A stretch of 64,000 nucleotides of DNA, from positions 300,248 through 364,247 of the IMG/VR virus record IMGVR_UViG_3300043418_000114; one strand, given 5' to 3'. Below are positions 32,626-42,917 of this stretch, piece by piece; within the stretch, counting starts at the first letter, position 1, and every line of letters starts with the position of its first letter. A program made the position numbers and the translations under genes. The notes under the pieces are model-generated. The model was not told the DNA's origin, did not search any database, and was given only the letters and a program-made list of their open reading frames with translations.

Positions 32626-33428
32626 GCAAGGGCGTATTGCTATTCGCATTCAATTCTCCCAAATACAACTACTATGAAATGGCAGTTGCGACTGCAAAGC
32701 GAATCAATCATTTTTTGGGATTACCAGTAACAATCGTTACTGATGAAACCTCTTTGCCTGAGAGAATCACGTATGAATTTGACAATGTAATATTGGCAGA
32801 TGCTGATGCGTCAAATGTACGTGATTGGGGTATTTGGATCAACAAAGGTAGATATCGTGCATACGCATTGAGTCCATACGATGAAACTATCTTACTTGAT
32901 ACTGACTACATGGTAAACTCTGACAAACTATTAGCTTTATTCAATCTACCTACTGACTTTGCTTGTCATGATAATGTGAATTTCTTGATGCATCCAAACT
33001 TACCACAGGAAGTATTGAGTTCTTATAGTTTTAAGACCTTATGGGCAACAGTGGTTTACTTTAAGAAAACCGAACGAGCAAAGCAAATCTTTGATTGCTT
33101 GGAAATGGTTCAGAAAAACTTCGAACATTATTCCATGATTCATAGCTTTATCAGTGGCACATTCAGAAATGATTATGCACTAACATTGGCACTACGTATC
33201 GTGAATGGTCATACCTATCCAAAGGCAGATATCATCCCTTGGAACTTAGTTCACGTTGGCAAGAATACTCAAGTATATCGTAACACAGACGATCCACTAA
33301 ACACAGAATACACAGTTATGTTTGATAATTGGAATCGTGGCAAGATTCGCAAAGAATATATGACAGTGAAAGACATGGACTTTCATATGATGGTCAAAGA
33401 AAACTTCTTGGAGCTAATCAATGACTAA
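32622..33428 (+). CDS. GT-A-fold glycosyltransferase-like protein
   Basis: SPYDETILLDTDY (DxD) motif; the start is set at the ATGA overlap (MSKGVLLFA). Confidence 0.6.
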   Translation: MSKGVLLFAFNSPKYNYYEMAVATAKRINHFLGLPVTIVTDETSLPERITYEFDNVILADADASNVRDWGIWINKGRYRAYALSPYDETILLDTDYMVNSDKLLALFNLPTDFACHDNVNFLMHPNLPQEVLSSYSFKTLWATVVYFKKTERAKQIFDCLEMVQKNFEHYSMIHSFISGTFRNDYALTLALRIVNGHTYPKADIIPWNLVHVGKNTQVYRNTDDPLNTEYTVMFDNWNRGKIRKEYMTVKDMDFHMMVKENFLELIND

Positions 33429-34158
33429 AGGATTTGTTATTATGGCACAAGGTGACGTATACGTAAAGTGCGCCACTACCTTAAAGAACAGCATACTCAA
33501 AGTGATGCCATCTGCCAATATTACAATTATCACCACAGACATGTTGCCTCATGGCGATCTTGGTGGCTTCCACAATGATTGGCAAGTATATGAGTGCAGT
33601 CCTTACGACGAGACTATCAAGCTGGAGGCAGACATGATCATACCTCGGAACATTGATCATTGGTGGGATATTCTGTCACAGAAAGATATTGTAGTCTCGT
33701 CAACTATTCGCAACTTCATGGGTGAGATTTCAGACATTAGAGCATATCGCAAATTCATTGACGATAATAGTCTTCCAGACGTATACAATGCCATTACGTA
33801 CTTTAAAAAGTCAGATACTGCAAAGCAGTTCTTTGAAATTGTGCGTGATGTATTTGAGAACTGGCAAGATTATAAAGCTATTCTCAAGTGTAACCCACAA
33901 GAGGATGCAAGCACTGATTGGGTATATGCAATTGCATGCCTTATCATGAAACCAGAAAATACAACGATGCCTGGATTTACTGAAATGAGTATGATCCACA
34001 TGAAACAGTTCATTAATGGCATGCCAACCGAAGATTGGACTGATACGCTAGTTTATGAAATACTACCAGATGTTGTCAGAGTAAATACAGTTCCTCAGTT
34101 GTATCCATTTCACTATCATGTGAAAGACTTTTCTGATAAACTATTGAGAGTTGTATGA
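33421..34158 (+). CDS. GT-A-like protein, paralog of the upstream gene
   Basis: SPYDETIKLEADM (ExD variant); shares the YFKK....KQ.F motif with the upstream gene. Confidence 0.55.
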   Translation: MTKGFVIMAQGDVYVKCATTLKNSILKVMPSANITIITTDMLPHGDLGGFHNDWQVYECSPYDETIKLEADMIIPRNIDHWWDILSQKDIVVSSTIRNFMGEISDIRAYRKFIDDNSLPDVYNAITYFKKSDTAKQFFEIVRDVFENWQDYKAILKCNPQEDASTDWVYAIACLIMKPENTTMPGFTEMSMIHMKQFINGMPTEDWTDTLVYEILPDVVRVNTVPQLYPFHYHVKDFSDKLLRVV

Positions 34159-34499
34159 CAGAAAATAATGATGATTTTGTAATTATTTGGGAAGCTCCCG
34201 TTATCGTTCCGCCTGTGTTTCGTCTATATTATGATGACACAGGCAAAGTACTTTTCTATTCGTGTGAAGAACACGAAGGTAATCACATCGTTATCGACGC
34301 ACAGACTTATGCAGAAGCAAGACCAGACGTTAGAGTAATAGATGGTAAAATTTCTACGGTACCTAGACACATGGTAATATCAAAATTGATGCCAAGTGAA
34401 ACAGGTACAAAGTGTGCTAGTGAAGACATGAGTATTATCGTCGATGATGATTATGAAGGTACAACTGCACATTGGAAATTAAACATTTATGAACTATGA
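34155..34499 (+). CDS. Hypothetical protein
   Basis: 114-aa ORF overlapping both neighbours. Confidence 0.65.
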   Translation: MTENNDDFVIIWEAPVIVPPVFRLYYDDTGKVLFYSCEEHEGNHIVIDAQTYAEARPDVRVIDGKISTVPRHMVISKLMPSETGTKCASEDMSIIVDDDYEGTTAHWKLNIYEL

Positions 34500-35445
34500 A
34501 AATATTATTGATGTTGCAGACTTGGATTGCATCTATCTCAGCTATGATGAACCGCAAAAAGAAGAATTTTGGCTCAAGATTAAGAACATGGTACCTTGGG
34601 CCAAACGTGTTGACGGTGTTAAGGGTAGTGACGCGGCTCACAAGGCTGCCGGGGAAGCATCAGACACCGAACGATTTATTCTAATCGACGGGGATAATAT
34701 GCCAAATGAAGATTTCTTCAATATCCAATTAGACTTCACTGGCAAAGACGAAACATTTAAACAAGCACAGTTTAGATGGAAAGCTATCAACGCTATTAAT
34801 GGATTACGTTATGGCAACGGTGGCATGAGTAGTTGGACAAAAGAATATGTTGCCAACATGAAGACTCATGAACATCAAACAGACGGTGATATCTCACGTG
34901 TTGCTGACTTCTGCATGGATAGCAAAGATAGCCTCTATTGGGCGATGTGGGATTGCTATTCTACTACTTACCCCAACATGACTCCGTTTCAAGCGTGGAG
35001 AGCTGGATTCCGTGAAGGTGTCAAGATGGTTTTAGACAAAGGCGCAGTGCCACCAATTGAAACATTCAAAGAAAGTCTATCAACACGCAATCTAGACAAC
35101 TTGACTATTTGGCATAACGTTGGTACAGACGTTGAGAATGGTATCTGGGCAATATATGGCGCCAGAATGGGCACGTTCTACACGCTTTTGCTAGATAATT
35201 GGGACCACAAGGACGTACAATGGTTTGATAACTATCCAGTCATGTGGGAAACAATCAAAGATTTAGATCCAGTAGCAGAGAGTGATGGCATTGGTCATCA
35301 CCTATCAACTAAGCTAGGTCTACCAATTTGCACATTGAGTCCAGAACAAAGCAAGTTCTTCAAGCGCCACTACGGCGCAGACAAATACAATCGCGGACCA
35401 CTCGTCACTGAGATGGAAGTAGTTCGTCAAATTCAAGGATGGTAA
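34489..35445 (+). CDS. Glycosyltransferase-like protein (GT-A type)
   Basis: YLSYDEP, RVDGVKG..AAH, FILIDGDN (DxD), N..NGL.YG and AWRAGFRE motifs; paralogous to the C-terminus of 57362-61066. Confidence 0.55.
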   Translation: MNYENIIDVADLDCIYLSYDEPQKEEFWLKIKNMVPWAKRVDGVKGSDAAHKAAGEASDTERFILIDGDNMPNEDFFNIQLDFTGKDETFKQAQFRWKAINAINGLRYGNGGMSSWTKEYVANMKTHEHQTDGDISRVADFCMDSKDSLYWAMWDCYSTTYPNMTPFQAWRAGFREGVKMVLDKGAVPPIETFKESLSTRNLDNLTIWHNVGTDVENGIWAIYGARMGTFYTLLLDNWDHKDVQWFDNYPVMWETIKDLDPVAESDGIGHHLSTKLGLPICTLSPEQSKFFKRHYGADKYNRGPLVTEMEVVRQIQGW

Positions 35446-36848
35446 TGAGCGAGAACTACGAACAAAAACGAATCAAAGACATTAAGATCAAAATCGAAAA
35501 CGAAGTTGGTCCTACGTTTTGTCTTGCCAAGTGGCATCATGTGACTATGTACTTGCAGAGTGGCGAGACACATAGTTGCTATCACCCGCGTCCTCACAAG
35601 ATTCCAATTCACGAGATTAAAGAGAACCCATCTGCATTGCACAATACGCAAGAAAAGAAGATGGAGCGTAAACTCATGCTCGAAGGTGGCAAGCCTGAAG
35701 GCTGTCAATACTGTTGGAACATCGAAGCAATGGGTCCTGATTATATCAGCGATAGACACATTCGCAACGCTAGTATCTTCACAGAAGAAAGATACAATCA
35801 AACTAAGAACAGTTGGACAGTTGACGTTAATCCAGAATACCTAGAAATCAATTTCGGCAACGAATGTAATTTCAAGTGTGGCTATTGTCATCCAAAATAC
35901 AGCACAAGTTTCTACAACGAGATTAAGCAAAATGGACCTGTAACCAGTGTCAAGAATCATCGTTGTGATATTGACTGGATGACACTGTATCAGCGTGAAG
36001 ACGAAAACCCATATGTTGACGCATTCTGGGAATGGTGGCCTGAACTACGCAAGACTCTAAACATCATGCGTGTAACAGGTGGCGAACCAACGATGCACAA
36101 GAGTACATGGACTCTGTTAAATAAGATTGCAGAGGATCCCATGCCTGAGTTGGAGTTGAATGTCAACAGCAACTTGGGAACAAAAACAGCGTTAGTTGAA
36201 AAGCTAGCTGATAGCGTTAAAACTCTGTGCGATGAAAAGAAAATCCGCGCCTTTAAACTCTTTACTAGCTTAGACACATGGGGTCCTCGTGCTGAATATA
36301 TTCGCACAGGTCTAGACTTGGAGTTGTGGGAAAAGAACTTTCACACATACCTAACTCGCACTGATAGTCCAATCACGTTCATGATTACGTTCAATATTTT
36401 CAGTGTAACAACTTTCAAGTCATTCTTAGAGAAGTTCATTGAATGGCGTAAGATTTATGGCTGGTACGACGATCCAGTTAACCCACAACATCGTGTACGT
36501 TTTGACACACCATACTTGCGTGAACCACTGCAATATGATATGAACATTCTTCCTAAAGAGGAATTCATGCCATACATGCATGAAGCACTTGAGTACATGA
36601 AAGCCAACACTGACGACAAACGAAGCGATGCATTCAGTACAATGGAATATGAAAAGTTCAAGCGTGTTGTTGACTACATGGCAGAGACAGTGTATCCAGA
36701 AGAAAAGCTAATTGAAGGTCGCAGGGACTTCTACAACTGGTTCAACGAATTAGATGAACGCAGAGACACGGACATGCTATCCATTTTCCCAGAGTACATG
36801 AACTTCTATCGTGTGTGCCAAGAAGTAAACAGGCTTAATCCTAAATGA
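35445..36848 (+). CDS. Radical SAM protein with N-terminal twitch/SPASM-like Cys motif
   Basis: CNFKCGYC, TGGEPT, and N-terminal FCLAKW...SCYH...CQYC. Confidence 0.85.
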   Translation: MSENYEQKRIKDIKIKIENEVGPTFCLAKWHHVTMYLQSGETHSCYHPRPHKIPIHEIKENPSALHNTQEKKMERKLMLEGGKPEGCQYCWNIEAMGPDYISDRHIRNASIFTEERYNQTKNSWTVDVNPEYLEINFGNECNFKCGYCHPKYSTSFYNEIKQNGPVTSVKNHRCDIDWMTLYQREDENPYVDAFWEWWPELRKTLNIMRVTGGEPTMHKSTWTLLNKIAEDPMPELELNVNSNLGTKTALVEKLADSVKTLCDEKKIRAFKLFTSLDTWGPRAEYIRTGLDLELWEKNFHTYLTRTDSPITFMITFNIFSVTTFKSFLEKFIEWRKIYGWYDDPVNPQHRVRFDTPYLREPLQYDMNILPKEEFMPYMHEALEYMKANTDDKRSDAFSTMEYEKFKRVVDYMAETVYPEEKLIEGRRDFYNWFNELDERRDTDMLSIFPEYMNFYRVCQEVNRLNPK

Positions 36849-38116
36849 GTTCACCATTCTTTAAAAAGTACTTGCTAGAAAAAAGCGATACCTTTTGTAT
36901 GGCTCCATGGACGCACATTCACACTACACCAACTGGTGTAGTTACTCCTTGTTGCATTTCAAAATCATGCGGATCACAGATTGGCATGGCTAATGCTAGA
37001 AACGTGTCATTAATGGAAGCAGTCAATTGTAACCAGATGAAGAAACTACGTCTGGACATGCTCAATGGTGTCAAGAATCCTGAGTGCGCCGCCTGTCATT
37101 CACATGAAGAACAGGGTGTTAAGAGTTTTCGAATGAACATGAATTCAGACTTTGCTCACCATTTCGACGAATTGATTGAATACACTAATGTCGATGGATC
37201 ATTGAATGAATTTCAAATGAAATATTTTGATATTCGATTTTCAAATATCTGTAACTTCAAATGCCGAACCTGCAATTCGAGTTTCAGTACTCAATGGGAA
37301 CAGGAAGACCTTAAATCAAAGTTATTTCATGCACGAATTGTTCCTAAGAATGACAATCCAGAGTTCTTGGCTGACGTTATTGGTCAGATTGAACACATGG
37401 AGAAAGCATACTTTGCTGGTGGTGAACCCTTAATCACAGAAGAACATTACATTCTACTAGAGGAAATGATTAAGCAAGGTCGTACAGATATTAAACTGAG
37501 CTATAATACCAATCTAAGTAATTTGAAATTCAAAGACAAAGACCTGCTGGCATTATGGAAAAACTTTGATAACCCAATTTATATTTCTGCAAGCATTGAT
37601 CACTATGGTGAACGTGCTGAGTATATTCGTTCAGGCACAGATTGGGGCAAAGTAGAAGCTAACTTTAAAAAAGCCAAGAAGACACCATACATCAACCTAC
37701 AAATGAACACGGTATTGAGTGTGTTCAATTACTTGACCATTTATGAGTTCTATGAGTATTTGATAGACAAGAAACTCTATACTCCACGAGACGGAACATT
37801 CTCGTTATATAACATGAGTACGCCTCCTCATCTTACGGCACATATCTTGCCATCTGATTTGAAACAAATTGGCATAGAAAAGATGGACAAAACAATAGAA
37901 CTATTCACTGCGAAGAAATTCCAACCAGAACAAATCAACCAGTTGGCTATCACGACACCATGGGTACAGTCACAAGACACCTGGAACGAACATAAGAAAC
38001 TTTTTAAAGAAGAAGTAAAGCGATTAGATAAGATCAGGGGAGAAGACTTTCAGAAAGTTTTTCCTGAATTAGCAGTGCTACTAGATGATGAACGCAAACG
38101 CCTTTGGCCCGTATGA
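36845..38116 (+). CDS. Radical SAM protein with N-terminal twitch/SPASM-like domain
   Basis: FCMAPW...PCC...CAAC, CNFKCRTC and AGGEPL. Confidence 0.88.
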   Translation: MSSPFFKKYLLEKSDTFCMAPWTHIHTTPTGVVTPCCISKSCGSQIGMANARNVSLMEAVNCNQMKKLRLDMLNGVKNPECAACHSHEEQGVKSFRMNMNSDFAHHFDELIEYTNVDGSLNEFQMKYFDIRFSNICNFKCRTCNSSFSTQWEQEDLKSKLFHARIVPKNDNPEFLADVIGQIEHMEKAYFAGGEPLITEEHYILLEEMIKQGRTDIKLSYNTNLSNLKFKDKDLLALWKNFDNPIYISASIDHYGERAEYIRSGTDWGKVEANFKKAKKTPYINLQMNTVLSVFNYLTIYEFYEYLIDKKLYTPRDGTFSLYNMSTPPHLTAHILPSDLKQIGIEKMDKTIELFTAKKFQPEQINQLAITTPWVQSQDTWNEHKKLFKEEVKRLDKIRGEDFQKVFPELAVLLDDERKRLWPV

Positions 38117-39357
38117 AAACAATTCCAATTATAAATAAAGACCATCTGTTGAATGACAGTAAAACATTCTGCATGTTTCCATGGCTACACTTGAACGTAA
38201 CGCCGAAGGGTGATATCTATCCATGTTGTAGCAATGACTATACTCAGCCGTTTGGCAACACAAAACAAACCTCTCTAAAGGATGCATTCAATGATCCAAA
38301 GATGAAAGAATTGCGTTTGGACATGCTAAATGATCGTAAGAATGATATTTGTAAATTCTGCTATCAGCACGAAGAAGCAGGCCCTCATTCATTCAGAAAC
38401 TATAGCAAAGAACACTTTGCAAAGCACTTCGATGAAACAGTTCCAACTACACTAGAAGATGGCTCAGTTCCTGAGTTCAAGATGCACTATTTTGATATTC
38501 GATTTAGCAACATCTGCAACTTCAAATGCCGAACATGTGGAAGCGAGTTTAGTAGTCAATGGGGCGCAGAAATGCGAGCCAATCATGATCCAAAACATCC
38601 AATCGTGATTCATGCCGATGAACAAGGCAATCTATTACAGGAAGTATTGGATCAAGTTGAACATATTGACTTGGCCTACTTTGCAGGCGGGGAACCTACA
38701 CTAACCGAAGAGCATTACATTATGCTTGAGGAAATGATTCGTAAAGGCCGCACTGACATTACTCTTAGATACAACACTAATGCTAGTAATATCAAGTTCA
38801 AGGACTATGACCTACTAGACATGTGGAAACACTTTAAAAAGATCGAATTGAGTTGTTCAGTTGATCATTATGGTGAACGTGCTGAGTGGCTACGATCTGG
38901 CACAGATTGGGGTGTAGTTGAATCCAACCTACTCAAATTTAGAGAATTAGATTATGTGTCATTCCAAATGAACACTGTATTCAGCATCTTCAATTATAGC
39001 ACAATTGGAGAGTTCTATCAGTATTTGAAAGATAAAGGAATTGTACGCAGGGAAGACTGGTATCATAGTCTTTATCTTGCAGTTCACCCTAGTTACTACA
39101 GCGCCAAGAGTTTGCCAAAGGAACTAAAACTAGATGCGGCAAGTAAAGCACTAGCATGGGCAAAATCAAATGAAGGCGATGGCACGAGTCTATCAAGATT
39201 AATCACTGATGCTGTTAATTTCGCGGGTGATAGTGATACATGGAATGAGAATAAGCCTATTTTCTTGCAACACACTGATAGTATTGATAGAATTAGAAAG
39301 GAAAGTTTCTGGAAAACTTTTCCCGAGTTAAATAAATTGCGTGATTTGACGGAGTAA
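38113..39357 (+). CDS. Radical SAM protein with N-terminal twitch/SPASM-like domain
   Basis: FCMFPW...PCC...CKFC, CNFKCRTC and AGGEPT; close paralog of the upstream gene; ATGA overlap. Confidence 0.88.
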   Translation: MKTIPIINKDHLLNDSKTFCMFPWLHLNVTPKGDIYPCCSNDYTQPFGNTKQTSLKDAFNDPKMKELRLDMLNDRKNDICKFCYQHEEAGPHSFRNYSKEHFAKHFDETVPTTLEDGSVPEFKMHYFDIRFSNICNFKCRTCGSEFSSQWGAEMRANHDPKHPIVIHADEQGNLLQEVLDQVEHIDLAYFAGGEPTLTEEHYIMLEEMIRKGRTDITLRYNTNASNIKFKDYDLLDMWKHFKKIELSCSVDHYGERAEWLRSGTDWGVVESNLLKFRELDYVSFQMNTVFSIFNYSTIGEFYQYLKDKGIVRREDWYHSLYLAVHPSYYSAKSLPKELKLDAASKALAWAKSNEGDGTSLSRLITDAVNFAGDSDTWNENKPIFLQHTDSIDRIRKESFWKTFPELNKLRDLTE

Positions 39358-39358
39358 T

Positions 39359-40630
39359 ATGCAAGATCCAATCGAAGTAGAAAATTTAGTAAAGAATGGT
39401 AAACACTTTTGTGTCTTGCCTTGGGTACACTTTCATTCATGGCCAGATGGACGAGTAATGCCATGCTGTATTGCAGACAGCAACATGCCTGTTGCCGAAA
39501 TCAAAGAGAATGAATCAATCATTCAAATGATGAATAGCGATGACTACAAAAAGATGCGTAGTGCTATGTTAAACGACGAGCCAGTAGAAGCGTGTAAGCG
39601 ATGCTATGACTTGGAGTTGATGGGCACGTGGACGATGCGTCAAAGTCACAATAAGCGCCGCGGCTTGGAGTATGCTAAAGAAATCGCAGAAACAACCAAA
39701 GACAATGGCGAGATTACAGACTTCAAGATGAAGTACATGGACTTGCGTTTTAGCAACATGTGCAACATGAAGTGTCGTAGTTGCGGTCCTGGATGTTCTA
39801 GTCTATGGGCACAAGAGTTCTTAGATGAACGTGGCCCCGAAGTATTCGAACAGTACTTTAAGACTAGAAAGATCGTAATCAACAAGGCAGAAGAAGTTGG
39901 GTTCATGAACAAACTCAAGCCTTATTTGAAAGACGTAACTGAAGTGTACTTTGCTGGTGGTGAAATCATCATCACTCCTGAACACTACGAATGCCTTGAC
40001 TATTGGATCGAAAATGGGTTGAATGAACAAATTGAATTGACATACACCACCAACCTAAGTTCATTAAAATACAAAGACAAAGATTTGATTGGCTATTGGA
40101 AGAAGTTTCCTAAGCTACAAATTTGGGCAAGTCTCGATGGCATGGGCGATGTTGCAGAAGTCATTCGCAAGGGCACAGACTGGGATAGAATTGTTAAGAA
40201 CATTAAAGCTATCAAAGAACAAGTGCCACATGCACAGTTTCAGATCACTCCTACAATTAGTATTTGGAACGTGTTCCATTTCCCAGACTTCTTTGACTAC
40301 ATGATCGAGAATGGCTTTATCAACACAAAGTCTAGTCCTCGTTTCAATCTGGCAACGAATCCATGGTACGCAAATATTATGATTTTACCAGTTCACGTTA
40401 AACGTAGATTGGCAGAGTTGTACAGAGTGTATCAAAACAAATACAAAGACAACCAAGACATATATAACGGCTTTAAGATGATTATCTACAACCTAACAGT
40501 TGGTGATGAAAATAAAGGCGGTATTTTAGAGTTCAAGCAGTTCAATGATGAACTAGACGAATTCCGTAATGAAAAGTTTGAGGACATATGTCCGGAAATT
40601 AAAGAGGTATACGAATGGGCAAAAAGCTAA
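39359..40630 (+). CDS. Radical SAM protein with N-terminal twitch/SPASM-like domain
   Basis: FCVLPW...PCC...CKRC, CNMKCRSC and AGGEII. Confidence 0.88.
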   Translation: MQDPIEVENLVKNGKHFCVLPWVHFHSWPDGRVMPCCIADSNMPVAEIKENESIIQMMNSDDYKKMRSAMLNDEPVEACKRCYDLELMGTWTMRQSHNKRRGLEYAKEIAETTKDNGEITDFKMKYMDLRFSNMCNMKCRSCGPGCSSLWAQEFLDERGPEVFEQYFKTRKIVINKAEEVGFMNKLKPYLKDVTEVYFAGGEIIITPEHYECLDYWIENGLNEQIELTYTTNLSSLKYKDKDLIGYWKKFPKLQIWASLDGMGDVAEVIRKGTDWDRIVKNIKAIKEQVPHAQFQITPTISIWNVFHFPDFFDYMIENGFINTKSSPRFNLATNPWYANIMILPVHVKRRLAELYRVYQNKYKDNQDIYNGFKMIIYNLTVGDENKGGILEFKQFNDELDEFRNEKFEDICPEIKEVYEWAKS

Positions 40631-41586
40631 TAGCGATTGAGGCTCCACAGCCCTATCTAGCAGTTACATGGCAAGTTAATAACTACTGTAACTTCAAATG
40701 CAGTTATTGCAATCCTGGTAATTGGGGTGGTACTGATATCAATGATGGTAACTTAGACCTGTACATCAGCAATCTAGAAATCATCATTAACAAATACAAA
40801 GCCGCAGGGTATAAAAACTTCAAGTTCTTTTTCTCTGGTGGTGAGCCTACCGCATGGAAGAACTTCATTCCAATTTGTGAATGGATTTACGAAAAGCTAC
40901 CACGTGCAACTCTTGCAGTAAACACTAACTTGAGTCGTCCATTGGCATGGTGGCAAAAGCATTACCATCTATTCGATGACGTAGTTGCTAGCTTCCACGT
41001 AGAGTTTTCTGACAAGAAACGCTATGAAGAAAATTCTCTTTTCTTGTGTGATAAAGTAAACTACTTGTCAACCAAAATGTTGATGCATGAGGAACGTTTC
41101 TGGGAAGTCGTAGAGTATGGCAACTATCTAAAGACTGTGATGCCAAACTACTTCTTAGAATGGACTCCGTTATTTGATGAAATGTCAGTCAATGCTGGTC
41201 CTTGGCACTACAAAGACCCTGCTAAAGAACAATGGCTACGTGAGCATACAACTGAAATTCAGCAGACTAAGCGCAAGCCAATGAAGCGAACAACCCTAAC
41301 TGTTAGCTACAACAAATATGACGATGATAGCACAGAAGTATGTAACTCAAATGAGGTCATTGTTGCAGGTAACAACTTCTTTAGTGGCTGGAACTGCAAC
41401 GTTGGTGACGCTATCTTTATCAATCCAGTCGGCGAAATGAGTCTGGCAAGTTGTGGCATGGGCGGCTATGTTGGTCATATTCTAACTGACATTAATCGAG
41501 TAGGTCCAAAACAAATTGTCTGTGAGAAAGAACATTGTCACTGTGGCACAGATATCATTATTCCTAAGTTTATGGATACCGAATAA
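40615..41586 (+). CDS. Radical SAM protein with C-terminal auxiliary Cys cluster
   Basis: CNFKCSYC, SGGEPT, and C-terminal GWNC...SC...C..EHCHC. Confidence 0.85.
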   Translation: MGKKLIAIEAPQPYLAVTWQVNNYCNFKCSYCNPGNWGGTDINDGNLDLYISNLEIIINKYKAAGYKNFKFFFSGGEPTAWKNFIPICEWIYEKLPRATLAVNTNLSRPLAWWQKHYHLFDDVVASFHVEFSDKKRYEENSLFLCDKVNYLSTKMLMHEERFWEVVEYGNYLKTVMPNYFLEWTPLFDEMSVNAGPWHYKDPAKEQWLREHTTEIQQTKRKPMKRTTLTVSYNKYDDDSTEVCNSNEVIVAGNNFFSGWNCNVGDAIFINPVGEMSLASCGMGGYVGHILTDINRVGPKQIVCEKEHCHCGTDIIIPKFMDTE

Positions 41587-41594
41587 TACTGGTA

Positions 41595-41602
41595 GATAAA
41601 TA
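41595..41602 (+). promoter_or_regulatory. T4-type late promoter box (GATAAATA), 4 nt before the ATG
   Basis: Intergenic; there is no SD sequence between the box and ATG 41607. Confidence 0.6.
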
Positions 41603-41606
41603 AAAC

Positions 41607-42917
41607 ATGGAAAAACCTATTAAGATTGTATATAGTTGGATTGGTCCACGTGGACCAATTGTCAACACTGAATTACCAAACATACTATGTTTTTCTGCCG
41701 TTGCAGAGGGTACTAATACCACATCAGGCAATTTCTGGTCCGATGATGTATGGTGGAGAATCTTTTTACCACACGATGATTATGCGTTATCATCGACTAT
41801 GGCAATTGATGAAAATGATAAATTTATCTTCCCATTCACACTTGGATGGAGAATTCCATTCAACATGTTGTTTTTTCCAAAGAGTGGCATTTTAGAATTT
41901 TCACACACTCCTGCACACATTATACATCACGTGCGATCAAACGGTGGATACTTCTTAATTGACATGTCAGCCGAAGCGTTTATCAAAGACGATCATTTGA
42001 ACGCATTGCATTCATATTTTTCATTCTACAATCATATTCCAATGGGAAAGATTATCTATCTAACAGGATGTATGAATGCCGACGAGGTATATAATAATTA
42101 CTGCGCTAGACATGGAATTCCAGAAGGCACCAGAGACCGCATCAAGATGGTATCGTTCCCAGTGTCGCAACATTCACTATCGCAAAATTTAGATTCTGTT
42201 CCTGAACCCAAGTATGATCCAACGTTTGTTCCAGAAAAGCGTTTCTTATGTTGGAATAGAAGATTCAGAAAGCATAGAAGTGCGCTGGCATTAGCATTCG
42301 AGAAATTTGGAATGATCGACAAAAGCTACTACAGTCTTGATCTAGTGGATCCAGAAAACGTATCATATCACTTTAGAAATTCCGTTGACATGTACAGTGA
42401 TCCTCAAATTGGAATCACAACTGAATTAGTAAATCAATTAATGGCCAAGTTGCCATTGGTAATCGACGGTGAAACAGAAATCAATCAGATGTGTCAAGAT
42501 TTCAATGCAAGTGCTAGAAAATTTTACACTAACAGTTTGGTCAGTGTTGTAACTGAAACTAACTTTGATGCAACAGAACTAACATTGACAGAAAAATCAT
42601 GGAAGCCTGCCAAGGAAAAGCATCCATTTATTATTGTAGGTGTGCCAGGCGCATTAAAGGCAATGCGTGAACTAGGACTAATGACATTCAGTGAATTCTG
42701 GCCAGAAGACTACGATGAAATTCAAGATCATTCAGAACGATTATATCGCATAGTTGAAATATGCAAAATAATCAATAACTGGTCTGATGCAAAGATATTG
42801 GATTTTAAACACCGAGTACAATATATTCTAGAACATAATTATACTGCACTGAAAGCCAACACGGCTTATAATGTCGCAGACGTTCTATCAAAACACATAA
42901 GAAAGACTAACCCATGA
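41607..42917 (+). CDS. Hypothetical protein with a C-terminal 'VTET...TEK..KP...PF' domain (possibly GT-B/GT10-like)
   Basis: FLCWNRR.R.HR, SVVTETNF, LTEKSWKP, HPFIIVG, G..TFSEFW.E.YD and ILEHNY motifs, shared with the C-terminus of 52495-54279. Confidence 0.45.
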   Translation: MEKPIKIVYSWIGPRGPIVNTELPNILCFSAVAEGTNTTSGNFWSDDVWWRIFLPHDDYALSSTMAIDENDKFIFPFTLGWRIPFNMLFFPKSGILEFSHTPAHIIHHVRSNGGYFLIDMSAEAFIKDDHLNALHSYFSFYNHIPMGKIIYLTGCMNADEVYNNYCARHGIPEGTRDRIKMVSFPVSQHSLSQNLDSVPEPKYDPTFVPEKRFLCWNRRFRKHRSALALAFEKFGMIDKSYYSLDLVDPENVSYHFRNSVDMYSDPQIGITTELVNQLMAKLPLVIDGETEINQMCQDFNASARKFYTNSLVSVVTETNFDATELTLTEKSWKPAKEKHPFIIVGVPGALKAMRELGLMTFSEFWPEDYDEIQDHSERLYRIVEICKIINNWSDAKILDFKHRVQYILEHNYTALKANTAYNVADVLSKHIRKTNP

